Below, one piece after another: positions 14,091-29,112 of a stretch of 64,000 bases of DNA. Source of the DNA: Eledone cirrhosa. Lineage: Eukaryota. The notes under the pieces were generated by a model, which did not search any database, was not told the DNA's origin, and saw only the letters and a list, made by a program, of their open reading frames with translations. Within the stretch, counting starts at the first letter, position 1. Every line of letters begins with the position of its first letter. A program made the position numbers and the translations under genes. The DNA lies in the NCBI GenBank assembly GCA_964016885.1, contig OZ024741.1, positions 84,072,001-84,136,000 on the forward strand. Reading direction: 5' to 3'.

Positions 14091-15650
14091 TTGTTATACT
14101 TTGGGAGGGTCATGTTGCTAATAAGAAACACACGCACCAGATGCTTTCACTTCAATTTATCATAATAGATTTATAAATTTAGGAATTTATAAATTTTTGA
14201 TTGGTTGGTTCCACAACCATATCGTCGTTTATATATTGTCAAAGTTCTTTCGTCACACATTCTCTGACCTCTTCAGTGACTGGGGATTTTTTTCTTTGTT
14301 TTTGTGCTTCTCCTTTGTTGTATCCTACGCCATCTTGTTTCTGTGTGTGTGTTGTGTGCTCAGTCTGCGCATGCGCCACATCCGGGTGTCTGTGTGTGTT
14401 TATATTCGTTTATTTATTTGTTTATTTACATGTTACTGGTTGGTTGTTTGTTCTATGTGCGTGTGTGTTTTCATTTCGTCCTTAATTGTAAGTTGTGATG
14501 TTGCTGTTCCACTCATGTTTTCTATTTAATTTTGGTTGTAATTCATTTATGTTTATCGCCTCTGTGATTTGTCTAAAGATTGCGTCTTTTCTGTGTGTAG
14601 ATTCTATTTTTATTTCTATGTTCTCTAATTTACCCTTATGTTCTATTTTAGCATGTTGGTAGAGTACAGATGATTCTTTACTATCTTGAACGTCTCGCCA
14701 GTGTTCATTTATCCGTTCCCCTACACTACGAGCTGTCTCACCTATGTACACTATATTTTTGTCTCTACATTGTCCTTCAGTACATCTTATGCTATATACT
14801 ACATTTCTAGTTTTACAGTTGATATGGGGGCTTAATTTACAGATTATACATTTCTTATCTATACAAGGAGGTCTTTGAAATGGGTATGTGTTGCTAATAA
14901 GTGTTTTGTATGGAGGTACCTGGTCTTTCTACTATCTTAATATTGAGTTTATGTTTATCTAGGGCCCTTCTAAATGTGTAAGCTAATTCACCTCTAGGGG
15001 TTGTATCGATGGACATTACACTCTGGTATTTATTGCTATCATACCATGAGTTTATTCTATTAGCCTTATTCCTATTTCTTTCTATTCTATTCCAATATGC
15101 GCTCCTATACAAGGGGCAGGTCCCATTTGTGTCTTTATTTACCATTTTTTCCCATTTGGTTCTGGCTCCTCTATACACTCTGATTTTATTTCTCTGACTG
15201 TAACTAGAGAACTGCATACGGTGGATGAAGTGTTGTATGTGTCTCTCTAGTTCTTCGGGGTTGCACATGCGGGACACGTTTCTCATCACCCGTACCAAAT
15301 CCGCAATCAGTATGTTGATTTTGGTATGGTCCGAAACAGCTGAGTTTCGGTGGATCAGATATTTGGAAGTCATGGGTTTGGCATAATGGGAATGGAGGAT
15401 TTGTTTTTTGTTATTAATGATATCTAACCAGAGCTCTGTGTCTAGTACAGGTAATCGATGGTTGGGGTGTTTGCTTGGGTAGTCTATAGTAACTATAATA
15501 CTCTGGTGGATGGAGTTAGCTATTTGCTGGATGCTTTCCGTTGTGTTTTTCTCTAATTCCTGACTGTTCTCTAGTGGGGGTGTTTTAACTACGATGTTTA
15601 TATCATCAACGTAGCGGGAGTACATTATGAGGGTTAATTTACAGTTAATA
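14091..15650 (-). mobile_element. 5'-truncated Penelope-like element (RT C-terminus, GIY-YIG, 3' pLTR)
   Basis: YSRYVDDINI in ORF 14894-15661. After a frameshift: CIDKKCIIC..NCKTRNVVYSIRC..YIGETARSVGERINEH. The 3' end abuts (TA)n and is repeated at 53808-54340. Confidence 0.9.
14238..14280 (-). ncRNA. Minimal hammerhead in PLE pLTR (diverged copy)
   Basis: gtca-CTGAAGA-ggtca..tgac-GAAA-gaac-TT-tgac. Confidence 0.6.
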
Positions 15651-18600
15651 TACGGACGCATAAGATTCTATTTTATCGCATTCGTTTGCCAAGTGTTGAC
15701 ATCCGCCAGCGTCAACGAGTGTTTTATTTGAATCAATCAACAGAAGAGACTTCTGATGAAACTATCGTGCACGTAGCAGGGCATTTCGTAGACTCGTACA
15801 CCCTTAACATATTTCCCAGGTAATTCCAACCTAACATAAGTGAAGAAAGGCTGGTCATTTGAAATTATATATACAACTCTTGTTCTTCATCTAAGTAGAC
15901 AGCAACAACGTGGAATAAATTGTTTTCCTCAAAGATACAACGATTCGCCGGAAATCGAATTGATGACTATCCCACACGCCATCATTTATAATATGATAAC
16001 ACAAATGAATATAATTATCAGCTAGGTAGTTAGTTCGATACTTATTTTATATAGGACATATAGTTATTCCTTTATTTAGTCATTCATTTGGTAGAGACGA
16101 TTGCCAACTACCGTGATCCATACACGAATATATAATTATAGTCTTAATAAAAGATAACAAAAACAAACAGTTTATGTCAAAAAATTATTTTCTATTGCTT
16201 TTTTGTTTATTCAATTTGACAAATGAGACAAATATTGTTTGAAATCATTGAGTGTTTCCTAATTTCTTATACACATTCTCTTCCACTCATCACCATTTGT
16301 AAACTATTATTTTTAGGTATGTTTATTTCATCTAATAAGGATTAAAAAGCTACGGTATTATCTAAATGATATATAAAATTGAAAGAGAACATATTTAATG
16401 AGAATGTTATCATCATGTGGCGTTTTCTGGTGCAACATATAATGCTGTGTGCTAGCGCATTTTCTAAAATAGGACATATGTTAATATGAAAAGAGTATCT
16501 TGCCTGGTCTTACTGATAGAAACTGCATGCTGCCATCACTTATACAGACGGCCTTTCTAATAAGGTTGGCCTTTGGCTGGCGGTAACCAGAAAGTTTGAA
16601 ACAATTAATTGTTCACCATTCTCTAGCTGTTCCTTGCTCATTTCATAATGACTACGATGGGTGACTGATCACATCTTGTTTATCTAACTCACACGGTAAT
16701 GTATGCTTTTCACTGACATAATCCCAGTGGTTTGAAGTAGAATAGTTGACAGGTTCATCATTGTCTAGTTCCTTATTGCTTTTACGATGACTTATGAAAT
16801 GTTATTCATTACATATTAATAATGCAATACTTAATAAAAAATAAATGTTTTTTTAACAATGGTATGATGAGGTATTAAACACATGAAGATGTGTGTTTCA
16901 AAACATGGTTAATTCACTGAATCGGATAACATTTCTGAATAATGTTTGCTTTTAGCTGATGAAGACCAATGATATTTAAAATAGAATCACACTCTCCTTC
17001 ACAATTCTCCAACTGTTCCCTCCTGCTAATCTTGATCATTTAAGAAATGCCAAAGTTAAATCTTGTTAATATAATACTTAATCAGAAGTTAATGCTTTTA
17101 CAATAAAATATATGTGGCTGCAAGACAGATGAAGATGTTTACTACAAACCACGACATCTCAAGCAGCATAGAGTGTTTTATTTTTATATACTCTATATTT
17201 TATTCAAGAGTAGACATTGTTTTAAATGTCTGCTGACAGAAACTGATTGTGACGATACGAATCCGACTCTCAATGAAGCGCAACATTTCCAGTGAAGTTT
17301 GCATTTGGCTGATGAGATCTCAAATATCTGAAACAATTCGCTGATATACAATTTCCTATCTGTTCTTTGTTGATAATTTTGAACAGTTGGTGGCTATATT
17401 TTGTTAATCTAACACAGAATCTGATGCCATAACCTTGTTCCAGTGATACATGATAATAGGAAGAGTGTTGTCAAATTATTCCAGGCAACAGTTGATAGTA
17501 GTAATTGCCTTTGATATTTTAAAATTTGATTAGAAAACTGAAAGTTAATTAACACATTCCAGCTACTCTAGTTAATGGAGAGATAGATTGTGATATGTGT
17601 GTATATATATATGAAAGAGAGAGTGTGTTTTTGTCAAATTGAATCAGATATATATAGAGTGTGTGTGTGTGTGATTGTGTATGTATAAATGCATATACAC
17701 GTTTGGATCTGCTTGTATATATAGCTTGGTACATTATTCGAGTGTGCACCGGTGAATTAATGTGTGTGTATGTGTGTGTATGTCCACAAAATATACATAT
17801 ATATATATATCAGTATGTGTGTGTGTTTATGTTTACTTATTTAAAAATAAACAAACTTGTTCTAGCATGAGTATGATGTGTATATGTGCATATGTGTTTT
17901 GTGTAGATGTAGCTGTTATTATGAGATAGCAATATATTTACGATACCCCAATTAACCCTCAGTTATCAGCTTGTTAAAATAAATCAACGACTCTCCATGT
18001 TAATGGAAATTTTAGAGAGAGACAATTAAATGAAGAACCCACACATAAACACATAGTCACACCATATATGCACACCAAACAAATACACAGAAACACAGTC
18101 ACGCCCATAGACACGAACAAATCACAAATAGTCACTAAATACATACGCAAACTCACTCACACACAAAACCATACACGCGCATGAATACACACATAAACCC
18201 ACTCACACGCTTTCAGTCGCTCATAAATACACGCTCATAAATACACACACATGTACACAAACTTAAACTCATTCCCACAAGTTCATTACTGACAAGCTCA
18301 TACACAGATACACACAATTATTCACCAAAACTCTAACGCACATGCATACCCACACACTCACATTTGCACATGTTCTCATATACACACTCACACAAAAACA
18401 CACACATAATCACTTTAGCATATCTACTAATGGACACACTCACACATGCACTCACCCGTACTGCCACATATTCTCTCACACACACACGCAGTTTCACACA
18501 TATACTCATACACACACACATGTACACATGCACTCACTCATATACTCACATCAAGGCACTGAGACACACGTACTCACATATACTCAAACACATATGCAAA

Positions 18601-19208
18601 CAGACTCACATATACACCCGCTATCAAGAATCAGAAGATACAACACCTTGAAACAAGATAGCGCCTAATGAAATCTAAACAAAAAAAATAATAACATGTA
18701 TAATAGTTATGAAAACGAGTTGTGTATGTGACAACTAATATGTGTGTGTATGTGTGTGTGTGTCTGGAATTGAATGTGTATTATTCAATAGATAAACATT
18801 TAAACTTTTTAATAATTGAAACATTAAAAAAAAGATAAAATTAAACGAGTTTAATAATAATGGTCAATTTTATAAGAGATAATTTCAGGAATAAACTGCA
18901 AAGTGGATTTGCTTTTTGTTTGATTCGGTTAATGTCTAATATTCTATAGAGATATCTCATATTTCATTGACTGTTTACTATTATTTCACTGCTACTAGGG
19001 AAGTAGATTGGCAGAATGGTTAGAGAGTCGGATAGACCGTTTGACAGCATTGGTACCGGTGCTCGGCACTCTGATTTAAAATCCATCTAATGTCTTTCTA
19101 CTGCGGGCTCAATAAAATAAGATCCCGGACAATAAGCATTGTCGATATAACTGCTTTTCTCCTCTCCTCTGCCGGCCGTCTACGTAAATCAGGATGTTAG
19201 TATTATTG

Positions 19209-19394
19209 GGGCGGTGGATTGGAAGCATGTGTAAGGATTCGGGCACCATGCTTCTCACACATACTACTATGCTCCTTTACTTCCTCAATTCAATTGCCAC
19301 TGAAGTTAGCTTTGCCTTTCATCCTTAGGAGGTCGATAAAATATAATACTAGCAATGCCCCTAGAATTGTTGGCATTGTGCCTAAATCAGAAAC
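19209..19394 (+). mobile_element. tRNA-derived SINE, degraded
   Basis: gggcggtggattgg head, ctttgcctttcatcctt..ggtcgataaa core, and gtgcctaaatcagaaac tail. Confidence 0.65.
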
Positions 19395-19400
19395 CATCAT

Positions 19401-19573
19401 TGGCAGTATCGGTAGAGGGTCGGACGCCATGCTTTCTAGCATAGTTACGTCCCTTTACGGTCTAAGTTCAAATCCCGACGAGGTTAACTTTGCCTTTCAT
19501 CCTTACGGGGTGGATAACATAAAGTACCAGTAATGTACTAGTTAATTGCTGGCCTTGTGCCAAAATTAGAAAC
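19401..19573 (+). mobile_element. tRNA-derived SINE (Deu/Nin-like core)
   Basis: A-box-like TGGCAGTATCGGT, B-box GTTCAAATCC, and core gcctttcatccttacgggg..ataaagtaccagt. Confidence 0.85.
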
Positions 19574-20079
19574 AAGTATTATCATTATGGCTGTTGATGT
19601 ACGTAGAAGTGATTTGTGAGTTTGTGAGTTTTTTCATTATCTGTATTGCGAAAGAATATTTTTTTTTATCTGAAATGGTATTAATGATTTGGAGATAAAG
19701 GACTCAGCTTCCGTGTAAGGGGGTCCCTTTCTCCATATTTGTAGCCGTTCTGGGTTAAATTGGTGATTTTTTCGCAAACATGATCACCAATTTTTGAAAA
19801 ATAACAAAAACAATCATGGCGAATGCCAAAATGCAGAACAGCGGCTTGTTTTATCAGGAGAAAGCAATGACTCAACTTGGAGCAGTGTCTATTTAGGTGG
19901 CCATCCAGGACCATATCCGAAGAAAAGATTGTGCTAGAGGATGATTTTTTATTTCAGGCTGACCCCATCCTCTAGCAAAATCTTTTCTTCGAATATGCTC
20001 CTGGATGGCCACCTAAATAGACACTGCTCTATCTTGAGCCCACTATGTTCACCACAAACAGAAAATGTTCATCACAAAC

Positions 20080-22850
20080 AGAAAAATGTAAATGGACCAC
20101 ATGGACACGGGGTAAGTATAAAGAAGTAATACACGCTTATTAATATGGATTAGGTAAACCATCTCAGGAGAGACACCAAAATCTCTTACGAATAATGAAG
20201 AAGAGAAAATCAAGTACGAAAACAGGTTACAAATAATAGATTCGCCCGAAAACAGGTTACAAATAATAGATTCACAGGTACGGAATTAACTGCGTTCAGA
20301 CACGCAGTGGAAGAGGGCCTATCTATAAAACAGGAAGGAAATGCTGAATCAGATAAGGTGAGTAGTCAGCCACAAGCCTTAATAGAAACTTTGTCATCTG
20401 ACCAAATTAGGCAAAGGACTGCAGAAGTAAGATATTCTAAAGATGAAAATAGCCGGGAAGGTGGGACGAAAACAGAGTCTGTTTTAACACCAAGTATTTT
20501 CTGAAGAAACACTAAGTCTATAATGGAACTGAAGCAGAAAATTCTGAATGAACCAATGGTTGTAAGACATGCAAGTATGGATGATAGAGAACCACTACAG
20601 AAACTCTCAAAAATAAAACCAAAATAATAAAGAAATAAGAATTGGTAACTATGCAATAAAAGAAATCATGAAGAATTAGAATCTGATCTTACTGAGTTAA
20701 ATGAAATTATTTACGCATCGGCTAAGGAACAAGATGTATGCTTCCGGAAAAAACAAGGAAAGCCAAACTCAAGAAGAATGAGACAATATAGAAGTAAAAT
20801 TGAAAATGAGATTGAATTACTGAGAGGGGAAATATCAATATTATATTGTACTAATCTGTGGAAATAATGTAAGATACAGGAAAGGAGGAATATTGAAACG
20901 AAAATAAGAATTTTCATCAAGAGAAGGAAACACTGAAACAAAATCTCCAAATAAAAGCTCAAAGAATACGAAGATTTGAGAACAGAAACAATTTTTAAAA
21001 GCTTTGTATGCATCCGAAGCCGTATCAGTTTATAGAGGAATTGGGAAAGTAACCATTGGGAACACATATCGCCCCGCTTCCATGGAGGAAATTGAAGACT
21101 TTTGGAGAAACATTTGGAGCGATGAAAAGACATAAAATGAAAATGCAGAATTGATTAGGTGCACAGAAAAATCTTACAAACTTTGGCAAGAACAACCACG
21201 GAATTATACCTCAATAGCAGACCTAAGGATGTAACTCACAACGGCTCATAAGTGGAAATATTTTGGCAAAGATAAAGTGCCACATTTCTTGATTCCATCA
21301 CTCTCGTGCGTAATTAAAATGTTACTGCAACTGTTCAATGAAATTATAAAAGATCCTGAAAAACCACCTGCCTGCATAGCATGCGGTATTATTTACTTAT
21401 TACCAAAGAATCATGAAAGCAAAGATAAAAAAAATCTATCAATCCACTAGTTATAATGTGTTTAACATCTATTCTCATGGAGAAAACATGCATTCATGAA
21501 GGAAAACATCTTGTCCCTATTGAACAAAAGGGTGCTGATGAAATCTATGATGTGTATGGATTGTTTATTCCAAAATATCTTCGACAGTATCCCACATTCA
21601 TAGTTTCTGAAATCTCTGGACATCTTCAAAATTAACCCTGCATTTCAAACATTCTTGAACACGAATAATTCCAATATTAACATCTCGCATTTTCCAAGTG
21701 ACTCACTTTCCCCTCTAATATTTTGCCGAGCTCTAATACTCCTTACACATAAACTTAGCAGAAAAAAGTTACGGATATAAATTTGACAACAGGAACATTA
21801 GCCTCCTAGCTTATATGGATGACCTAAAACGATATGGCAAAGACAGTGATGAAGGCTTTCTACGTACTATGAAAGCATTCAGTGGTGATATCAGTATGGA
21901 ATTTGGTCTTGTAAATGTGCTAAGGCCACTCTCAAGAAAGGGAAGTTGATAAACTCAAATTCATTCGTACTTTATGTTGAAAAAGTTATAAAATAATTTG
22001 AGCACCAACAAACAGATAAATACCTAGGTATAAATGAAGATTCTGGCATTCACAATGTAAGCATAAAGGAGAAGATAAAGAAGGAATATTATAGGAGAGC
22101 GCGCAATTCTGAAATCTGAGCTAAATGCACATAACAAGGTGCTGGCAATAAATTCATTAGCAGTTCGATTTGTTAGTTACAGCTTCAACGCGTTGAAATG
22201 AAATATCAGTGAAATACCGAGAATTGACACACAGCTTCGTAAGTAGCTGATCTGTAATAAAATATACCATGCAAATGCAGATCTGGATGGTTTTTACTTT
22301 CCCCGAACCCAAGGTGGTATTGGCTTGACCAAGTTTGAACTGTCTTACAGAGCCATCACAATTGGACTGGCCAAACATCTTGGACCAATGAACGACTGGA
22401 TCCTGGAACTCGTTGAAAGACATGTTTGGAGTAAGAAGCTTCAGTCGATCTCGAAAGAGAACAAAAGATGTGCTACTGATCTCATGACAAATATCCAGGC
22501 TGAACAGATGGAGGGAAATGTCGTAACTGCTGTTGTAAATTTAATGGAAGCAAATTTAATGGCTAAGAAAAGAGGACATGAAAACTTAACGTCGATGGTG
22601 TTGCACAAACCTCAGCATGGCAAATATGGGGCCCGCTGCAAACAAGCTGATGTTGACGAAAAGCACACTCACGAATGACTAAGTGGCTAAGGGCTAAATG
22701 CAGAGTGTGATGGTTTCATCTTAGGTTCCCAAGGTTAAACTTTATTAACTCGTAACTATCAATCCAGTACAATGAGAAATAGAGTAAATTCCAAATGCTG
22801 ATTCTGAAACAGTGAACCACAGAATGAAACAGTGGACCACACAAATGAAA
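20080..22850 (+). mobile_element. R4/Dong-like (RLE-type) non-LTR retrotransposon, heavily decayed
   Basis: Translatable remnants DSLSPLIF, YMDDLK, MEFGL, KYLGINE, LKSELNAHNKVLAINSLAV, PRTQGGIGL, KPQHGKY and ETVDH; many stops and frameshifts. Confidence 0.8.
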
Positions 22851-22959
22851 AGTTTCTTTCGTAGTGCAAAATAAATATTCCTCTCTCTTTAGCTATGTGA
22901 AAACGCCACACATATCACAGTAGCAGTTGAAAATGCCAGTCAGCCCTATTTCAAGATTC

Positions 22960-23950
22960 GTTAATCTGCCATCACTGACATTCACTCAACCGGTAGTGGG
23001 ATGGAAATAGACGAGATCTCTGGCTATATCGGGCCATGTGGGACCGAGATATCTGGCTAGATCATCGCGTTATATGGCCTTTGGTGTCCATTCTGTCACT
23101 CAAATAGTCCACCTGTTGTGTCTGAAATTAGTGACTTGGTCAGCCCATCTGTGCTTGCTATTCGTAATGATCACGATATTATCCTTCTTGCCAGTCTGCT
23201 CTTGCCAGGTATTGCTCTTTCTGTAATGTAATTTGATACCGAGCCTGATTCGCTTCATATACGATGAGCCACTGCAAGAGTTTATGCAGTGGGGGTGTTG
23301 AGGGACTACGTCACACATCCATGTCCTCATCGTCAGGAAATACACGGTAAACAGCTTTTTTTATATTCGATTGTATTCCAAACGCTACGCAGGCAAGCAC
23401 ACTCTTTATTTTCACCTCCGGATGTAAGATAACATGTTTTGCAACCGTCTTTCCCTCCACAATAACTGATGATGGTTTTGCGTACCAATTAACCATGACA
23501 TTGGGTTTCCCAAGGTAGATGTTAAGGCCTACTGGCTGGTTTACAGTGTGGATAGCTTTATACATTTCCTCCAATTGTATAGGTTATTAGAAATTTCATC
23601 TGCGAGGTTTAGGTACAGAGGTATTTACCATCTATATTGATAGCTTTATTCTCACAGTCGACTGTATTAATGATGGCGTCTTGTAAACATTCTCAGGTAA
23701 ATTCTGTATCCGCTAACTGTTGTCTCCCTGGATTGTTCCTCTTTTGAACTTGATCTTGTCACTGTAATCTGAGAGTGGATGTAGCAACATTGAAATGATA
23801 CTTTAGTAGTATGATATAAGCTAGATCCACCCTTTGGTTCTCCAGTGTTGTGAATAGGGGTGAACTGAATAGAGTCAAATGCATTTTCATAAACGACAAA
23901 GGCAATGGCAGGTAGAGAAGTAGCATTCGTTTGCCTTCTTGTAGTTGACG
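22960..23950 (-). mobile_element. RTE-clade LINE 3' fragment, decayed
   Basis: Remnants IAFVVYENAFDS (YEKAFDS-like), VGLNIYLGKPNVM, KHRWADQV (KWRWAGHV-like) and WTPK. Confidence 0.7.
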
Positions 23951-23966
23951 AAATACATGGATGTGG

Positions 23967-24012
<46 letters not shown>

Positions 24013-26501
24013 CTGTGTATATATATGTATATATATATCTATCTCTCTCTCTCTATATATATATATGTGTGTGTGTGTGTGCGTGTGTGTGTGTGTGTGT
24101 GTGTGCGTGCGTGTACCTGACTGTATGTGTATGTGTGTGTCTATATGTGTATGTGCGTATGTTTGTAGCTGTGGTTTTTTTTCAAATTTTATTTTAATTG
24201 TAACATTCTATGGAAATTAACCGAAATTAGTTTTAGTCAATGAGATTTTAATTGCTTGTCAGAAGAAATTTAACTCCGTATGTATTGTTATATGCATGTG
24301 TCTAATTTTCCTTGTAGCGTTGTGTTTGCGTATTTATTTGTGTATGCAGTTGTCTTGTGTTTGGATGTGTGAGACTGTCATTGTGTATTTAATTGGTTTT
24401 TGTGTAAGTCATGTTCTTTCTTTCACTAGGTGTAACATTCTGTGTGCATGTATGTATGGGTGTTTGTGTATGACATATGCAAGTATATTTTGAGGCATGT
24501 ATGTGTTTATGTGTATCGGCGTCTGCTGGTGTTTGTGTGTATGTCTGTATATATTTATGTGTCCATGTGTTTGAGTTAATATGACTGTCTGGGGATGTAT
24601 GTTTGTTTATATATGCCTAGTTTTTGTGTGTATGCTTGTGTGTTTGTAATTGTGCTATTAATTGAATTTGTGTAAGTGTATATGTCAATGTGTGTTTATA
24701 TGTGTGTTTAGGACAAACGTATGTAAAGAATGTGTGTTTGAAAGTCTGTTTACGTGCGTAATGCAATACGTGTGCTTTCGAGTGTATATCGATATGTCTC
24801 TATGTTTATGTCACGATTTTTTATTGTTAGAGAAGTGTGTTTTGTCTCCCTCACATTTTCTTTGGTTTCTTATTTTAAATTCTGTCTCCATTGTTCATTT
24901 TTTTCAATTTCTTATTTCGTTTTCCTATCTACTTGAAGCTGTACCTGTACCAATAAAATTTCATATCTTACAATTAATTATATTCAAAATAAATACAAAC
25001 ATTAAATCCTAAGAATATATTCTCAGACTTTACAACATTCCTGAACTGCTACTTCAAGACACTCATATTAGATTTTTAATAACATTCTTTCAAAAGCGAA
25101 CGAAACAAATTTGAACAAAACTTAAATATATTAAATAAATGAATAAATAAATAGAATTGTAAAAAGCGCTACTTGAAGAAACCTAAGAATTGACACATTT
25201 CAAAGATGTGTGTGTTTTTTCCTTCGATTTTTTTTTCTGTTCTGAGTAGTATCAATCGGTTTCTTTTATAATACAGTATATATAAAAATCTTGAGAGCTT
25301 TGCCCTTTTATTAGCTAAACGAGAAAGGAAGATATAAAACAATAGACATTTTGAAATAAAATTGGTTTCCAATAATCAGTAAAACTATAAAAATTTTCTC
25401 CTTTCCTTCAAATGTCGATAAACCTTCGTTATGTTATAATTTAGATATAAGTTTGTATATCTTTACTGGAGGTTCGTTATTTTATTTCTTCTTATAACTA
25501 TTTTTTCTAGACATTGTCTAATTAATTCGCATTCTTTTCATAAAATTCAAATTCCTTTCTTTCTAACCATCTCCATTCCTCTATTTGTTCAAATCAACAG
25601 AATCAATTAACTTTGCGTTTAAGGTGGTAGGCCGAATATTGCGAAAGATTTTGCGTCTATTTTAAGCACAAGAAGCTAATGCATAAACATCTTCTTACTA
25701 ATGTCTTCCTTTTGACTTTTACTGTTGTTATATGTGATACGTTGAAGCTCCTTTCCTTTTTTTTTTTATAGAATGACAATTTCTGAACGGAATGCAATTT
25801 CTATATAACTATATTACCTTTTCATTATATAACTTACACTTTACGTTGTCTCGGATCGTAGATGTGCGGCCCCGTTTAACTGGTCTTCTATAAAACAAAA
25901 GAGCAGTTCTGGGAAAAAAAACACAGCCAGGTATAAGGTTCAATTTCAGGGAGTTTTGACTGAATATTCTAGCAGGGATAGCATCTTCATAAATATTGGC
26001 TTGTACATCTATCTGTCTTATATAGTACTATTTTTATATCAGATATTGCATATCTAAGATTATATTAGCAAAGGTGACCTACGTCTTTAAGATAAGAATT
26101 GCGACTGGACTGGTAAATGTCGCAAGTCAAATTACTATGTACAGATTTATTCAGTGGACCCTTTGCTCTGTAGTTTAGGGGATGAGGAGTGGTGTTGAAA
26201 GTTTTGTTTTCCTCTCATTCCTTTACAATTAAAGATAATTTCGAAGTAGAAAGTTTTGGTTTATCAGTTTCAATAATAGTGCGAATATGTGCATGGTCTA
26301 GTTAACTCAATTTCAATAAGGATGAGATATTGCAGTTAATAATTACTCCAACTTAACAAATTAAATAACATTATCGTTTGTTTTCTCTTTTTTCTTTGTA
26401 TTTCTATTGTTTGATAATTTAATGAGCAATCATTTCCTTATCTTTAATTTGGTTATTTTACAAATATAGAACAATATTATACACATTTACGCACACACGT
26501 G

Positions 26502-26533
<32 letters not shown>

Positions 26534-26762
26534 GAAATACACTAATATAGACATATTTTGAACTGAAACTTCAATCTATTTCTTAGTACAACCCTTGGCA
26601 TCTAAAGTTAATAAGCAGATGCCGGTGTTAATCCACATTTTTAATCGAAAATATCTAAATCAGGTAAAAGCATTACATACCAGACTAGACACCACCTATA
26701 TTACTTAGGATTGTTCACCAGCCATTAGCTACATAGACACACACACACACAGACACACAAAC

Positions 26763-26799
<37 letters not shown>

Positions 26800-26815
26800 A
26801 CACACACACACACAC

Positions 26816-26895
<80 letters not shown>

Positions 26896-27663
26896 CATCA
26901 CCCCCAGAATGACATTTACAACTTTCCCCCTTCAGGGAAGGAGACACCATACCAAATCACTCAACTACTACGCGGATGCCTCATCGTCAAATATAGGGAA
27001 AAGATACCACCTACATGATAGATGTAACAACTTCCCCGCTTCAAGGGGACAGCAAGGTAATTGCCATTTTCTCAACTCTCGCTTCCACAATACACAACAA
27101 ACCCACACCACACGATACAACCAACAACGTAGGCCACCTATAACACCACAATCCAACATGGCATATAGAAACACACATCCATACTCGCAATACAGGAACA
27201 CCACATTCAATCTACAACCACGAACCCGAACCACATTTTACAACAACAAGGAATATAACAAACACAGGAGACCACTTAACATCAGCAGACAACCCCTCTA
27301 CCCCAACCATTTTTTAGACACAGCACACAGATACAGGCAAACAAAATAACACAAGACAGGGAGGAGAAACCGAGAGTAATAAAAATTATCAATCTAACTA
27401 GTGCAGAACCAACACCAAATCTTATCAACTTGCTCTCCAAAGGTCTTAAATTCACACCGACCTCACTACGTACTAACTACTATGAAATGAAGGAAGGCAT
27501 CACAGACTTCTGTAGAAAGTTACGACTCAGTGAAGAACTATTCGACCAGTACAATGAGGATGAATCATTAGCCAGAAATTGAAGCAATTACACCCCAGCA
27601 AAAGGTAGAAATAAAATCCTGGACGAATTCTGTGAACACATCACAAACTTCCCTTACCAACAC

Positions 27664-29110
27664 TTGCACAGACAAAAACACAAGCCAAACCTCAACAAGA
27701 AAGAATGGGAAGAATTAAATAGATTAAAAACCGACAGAACCATTACAATTAAAGAGGCTGAGAAAGGGAGTACAGTAGTCCTAATGGAAACAGAATTCTA
27801 TATCATATTAGCGCTCTCCACTTTGGAAAACGAAACATACTACGAAAAGGCTGAACACTACAATCAACAGAAAATTATGAGAAACCTAAAAACTCTGATC
27901 AACCAATACAAAGAAGGACTCACTAACAAAAAATTCAGCTTCATCACAGACTTCACAAGTAAATCCAGCCTTTTCTACGGTATCCCTAAAATACATAAAA
28001 GCGAATTAATAGGTAAGGCATGCAAGGAAGCCACAGACATAGTCATCAATGTCCCCTCACCCAATGATCTCAAATTAAGACCTATAATAGCAGGCCCCGC
28101 TTGTGAAACCCACCGCCTTAGCAACTTCATTGATACCCTTCTCAAGCCTTTTCTCAAACATATTCAAAAGCTATATAAGGGACGACCAAGATATGCTCAA
28201 TCACCTCCCTAATATGCCCCTTTCTGAACAAACCCTACCAGCGACGTTCGATGTAGTCAACCTATACTCCAACATCCCCCACAACCTAGGAATAGAAGCT
28301 ATCCAATTCTGGCTGGGTAATTACCACAATGAACTCCCACAACTCATCAAAATAGAATTCGTGATAGAGGGACTCAAATTTATCTTGGAGAGCAATTACT
28401 TCGTTTTTAATAACAAACCCTACAGGCAGAAATCTGGGACCGCTGTGGGAACGAAAACAGACCCCACTTATGCCAACCTAGTCATGGGATACCTGGAAAT
28501 CACCCTCTACACTTAAGTACTAAACAAATTTGGAAACACTCTCCACTTACACATAGAAAGGAACTGGAAGCGATATCTAGATAACTGCTTCATCCTTTGG
28601 CAAGAAAACATCGAGAAACTTAAAGAATTTCACACCCTTATAAATGGGCTCAACACGAATATTAACTTCACGATGGAATACCGCCATCCACAACTCCGCT
28701 TCCTCGACATCCTCATTAAGATTCATAACAAAAACATAGAAACAGACATATACTACAAGCCCACAGACTCCAAGCAATATCTTCCTTTCAACTCTTGCCA
28801 CCCTAGACACGTTAAAATTAATATTCCCTACAACTTAGCCAAGAGAATCTGTAATATAGTATCCAATAAAAACACCAGTTACTTATGGCTACAATAACTA
28901 AAGGACACACTCATAGGCAGGGACTACCCTGCATCACTAATTGACAATGGAATCCAACGTGCCCTAAAACTCAGTACCAAGGATCTTAGACACCCTAAAG
29001 TAAATCAACCGAAACTAAAAGCTCTTCCATACATCTTCACACACAACCCACTCAACAATGAGGCCTTTGACACCATCCTCCAGAACATCCCTGTGTTAAA
29101 AAAAAACATA
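27664..29110 (+). pseudogene. PLE reverse transcriptase (frameshifts and stops)
   Basis: ORF pieces 27664-28212, 28103-28516 and 28673-28897 join into one PLE RT. Confidence 0.88.
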
Positions 29111-29112
29111 GA

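Noticed and set aside
15750-15800. CTGATGA next to the 5' truncation point of the 14-kb PLE
   Set aside because: No downstream GAAA or stem III; cannot be called.
17305-17345. CTGATGA..GAAA spacing resembling a hammerhead
   Set aside because: No stem I and no credible stem III; a chance match.
16300-17560. Possible ancient DNA-transposon coding remnant
   Set aside because: No motif could be recognised in any frame examined.
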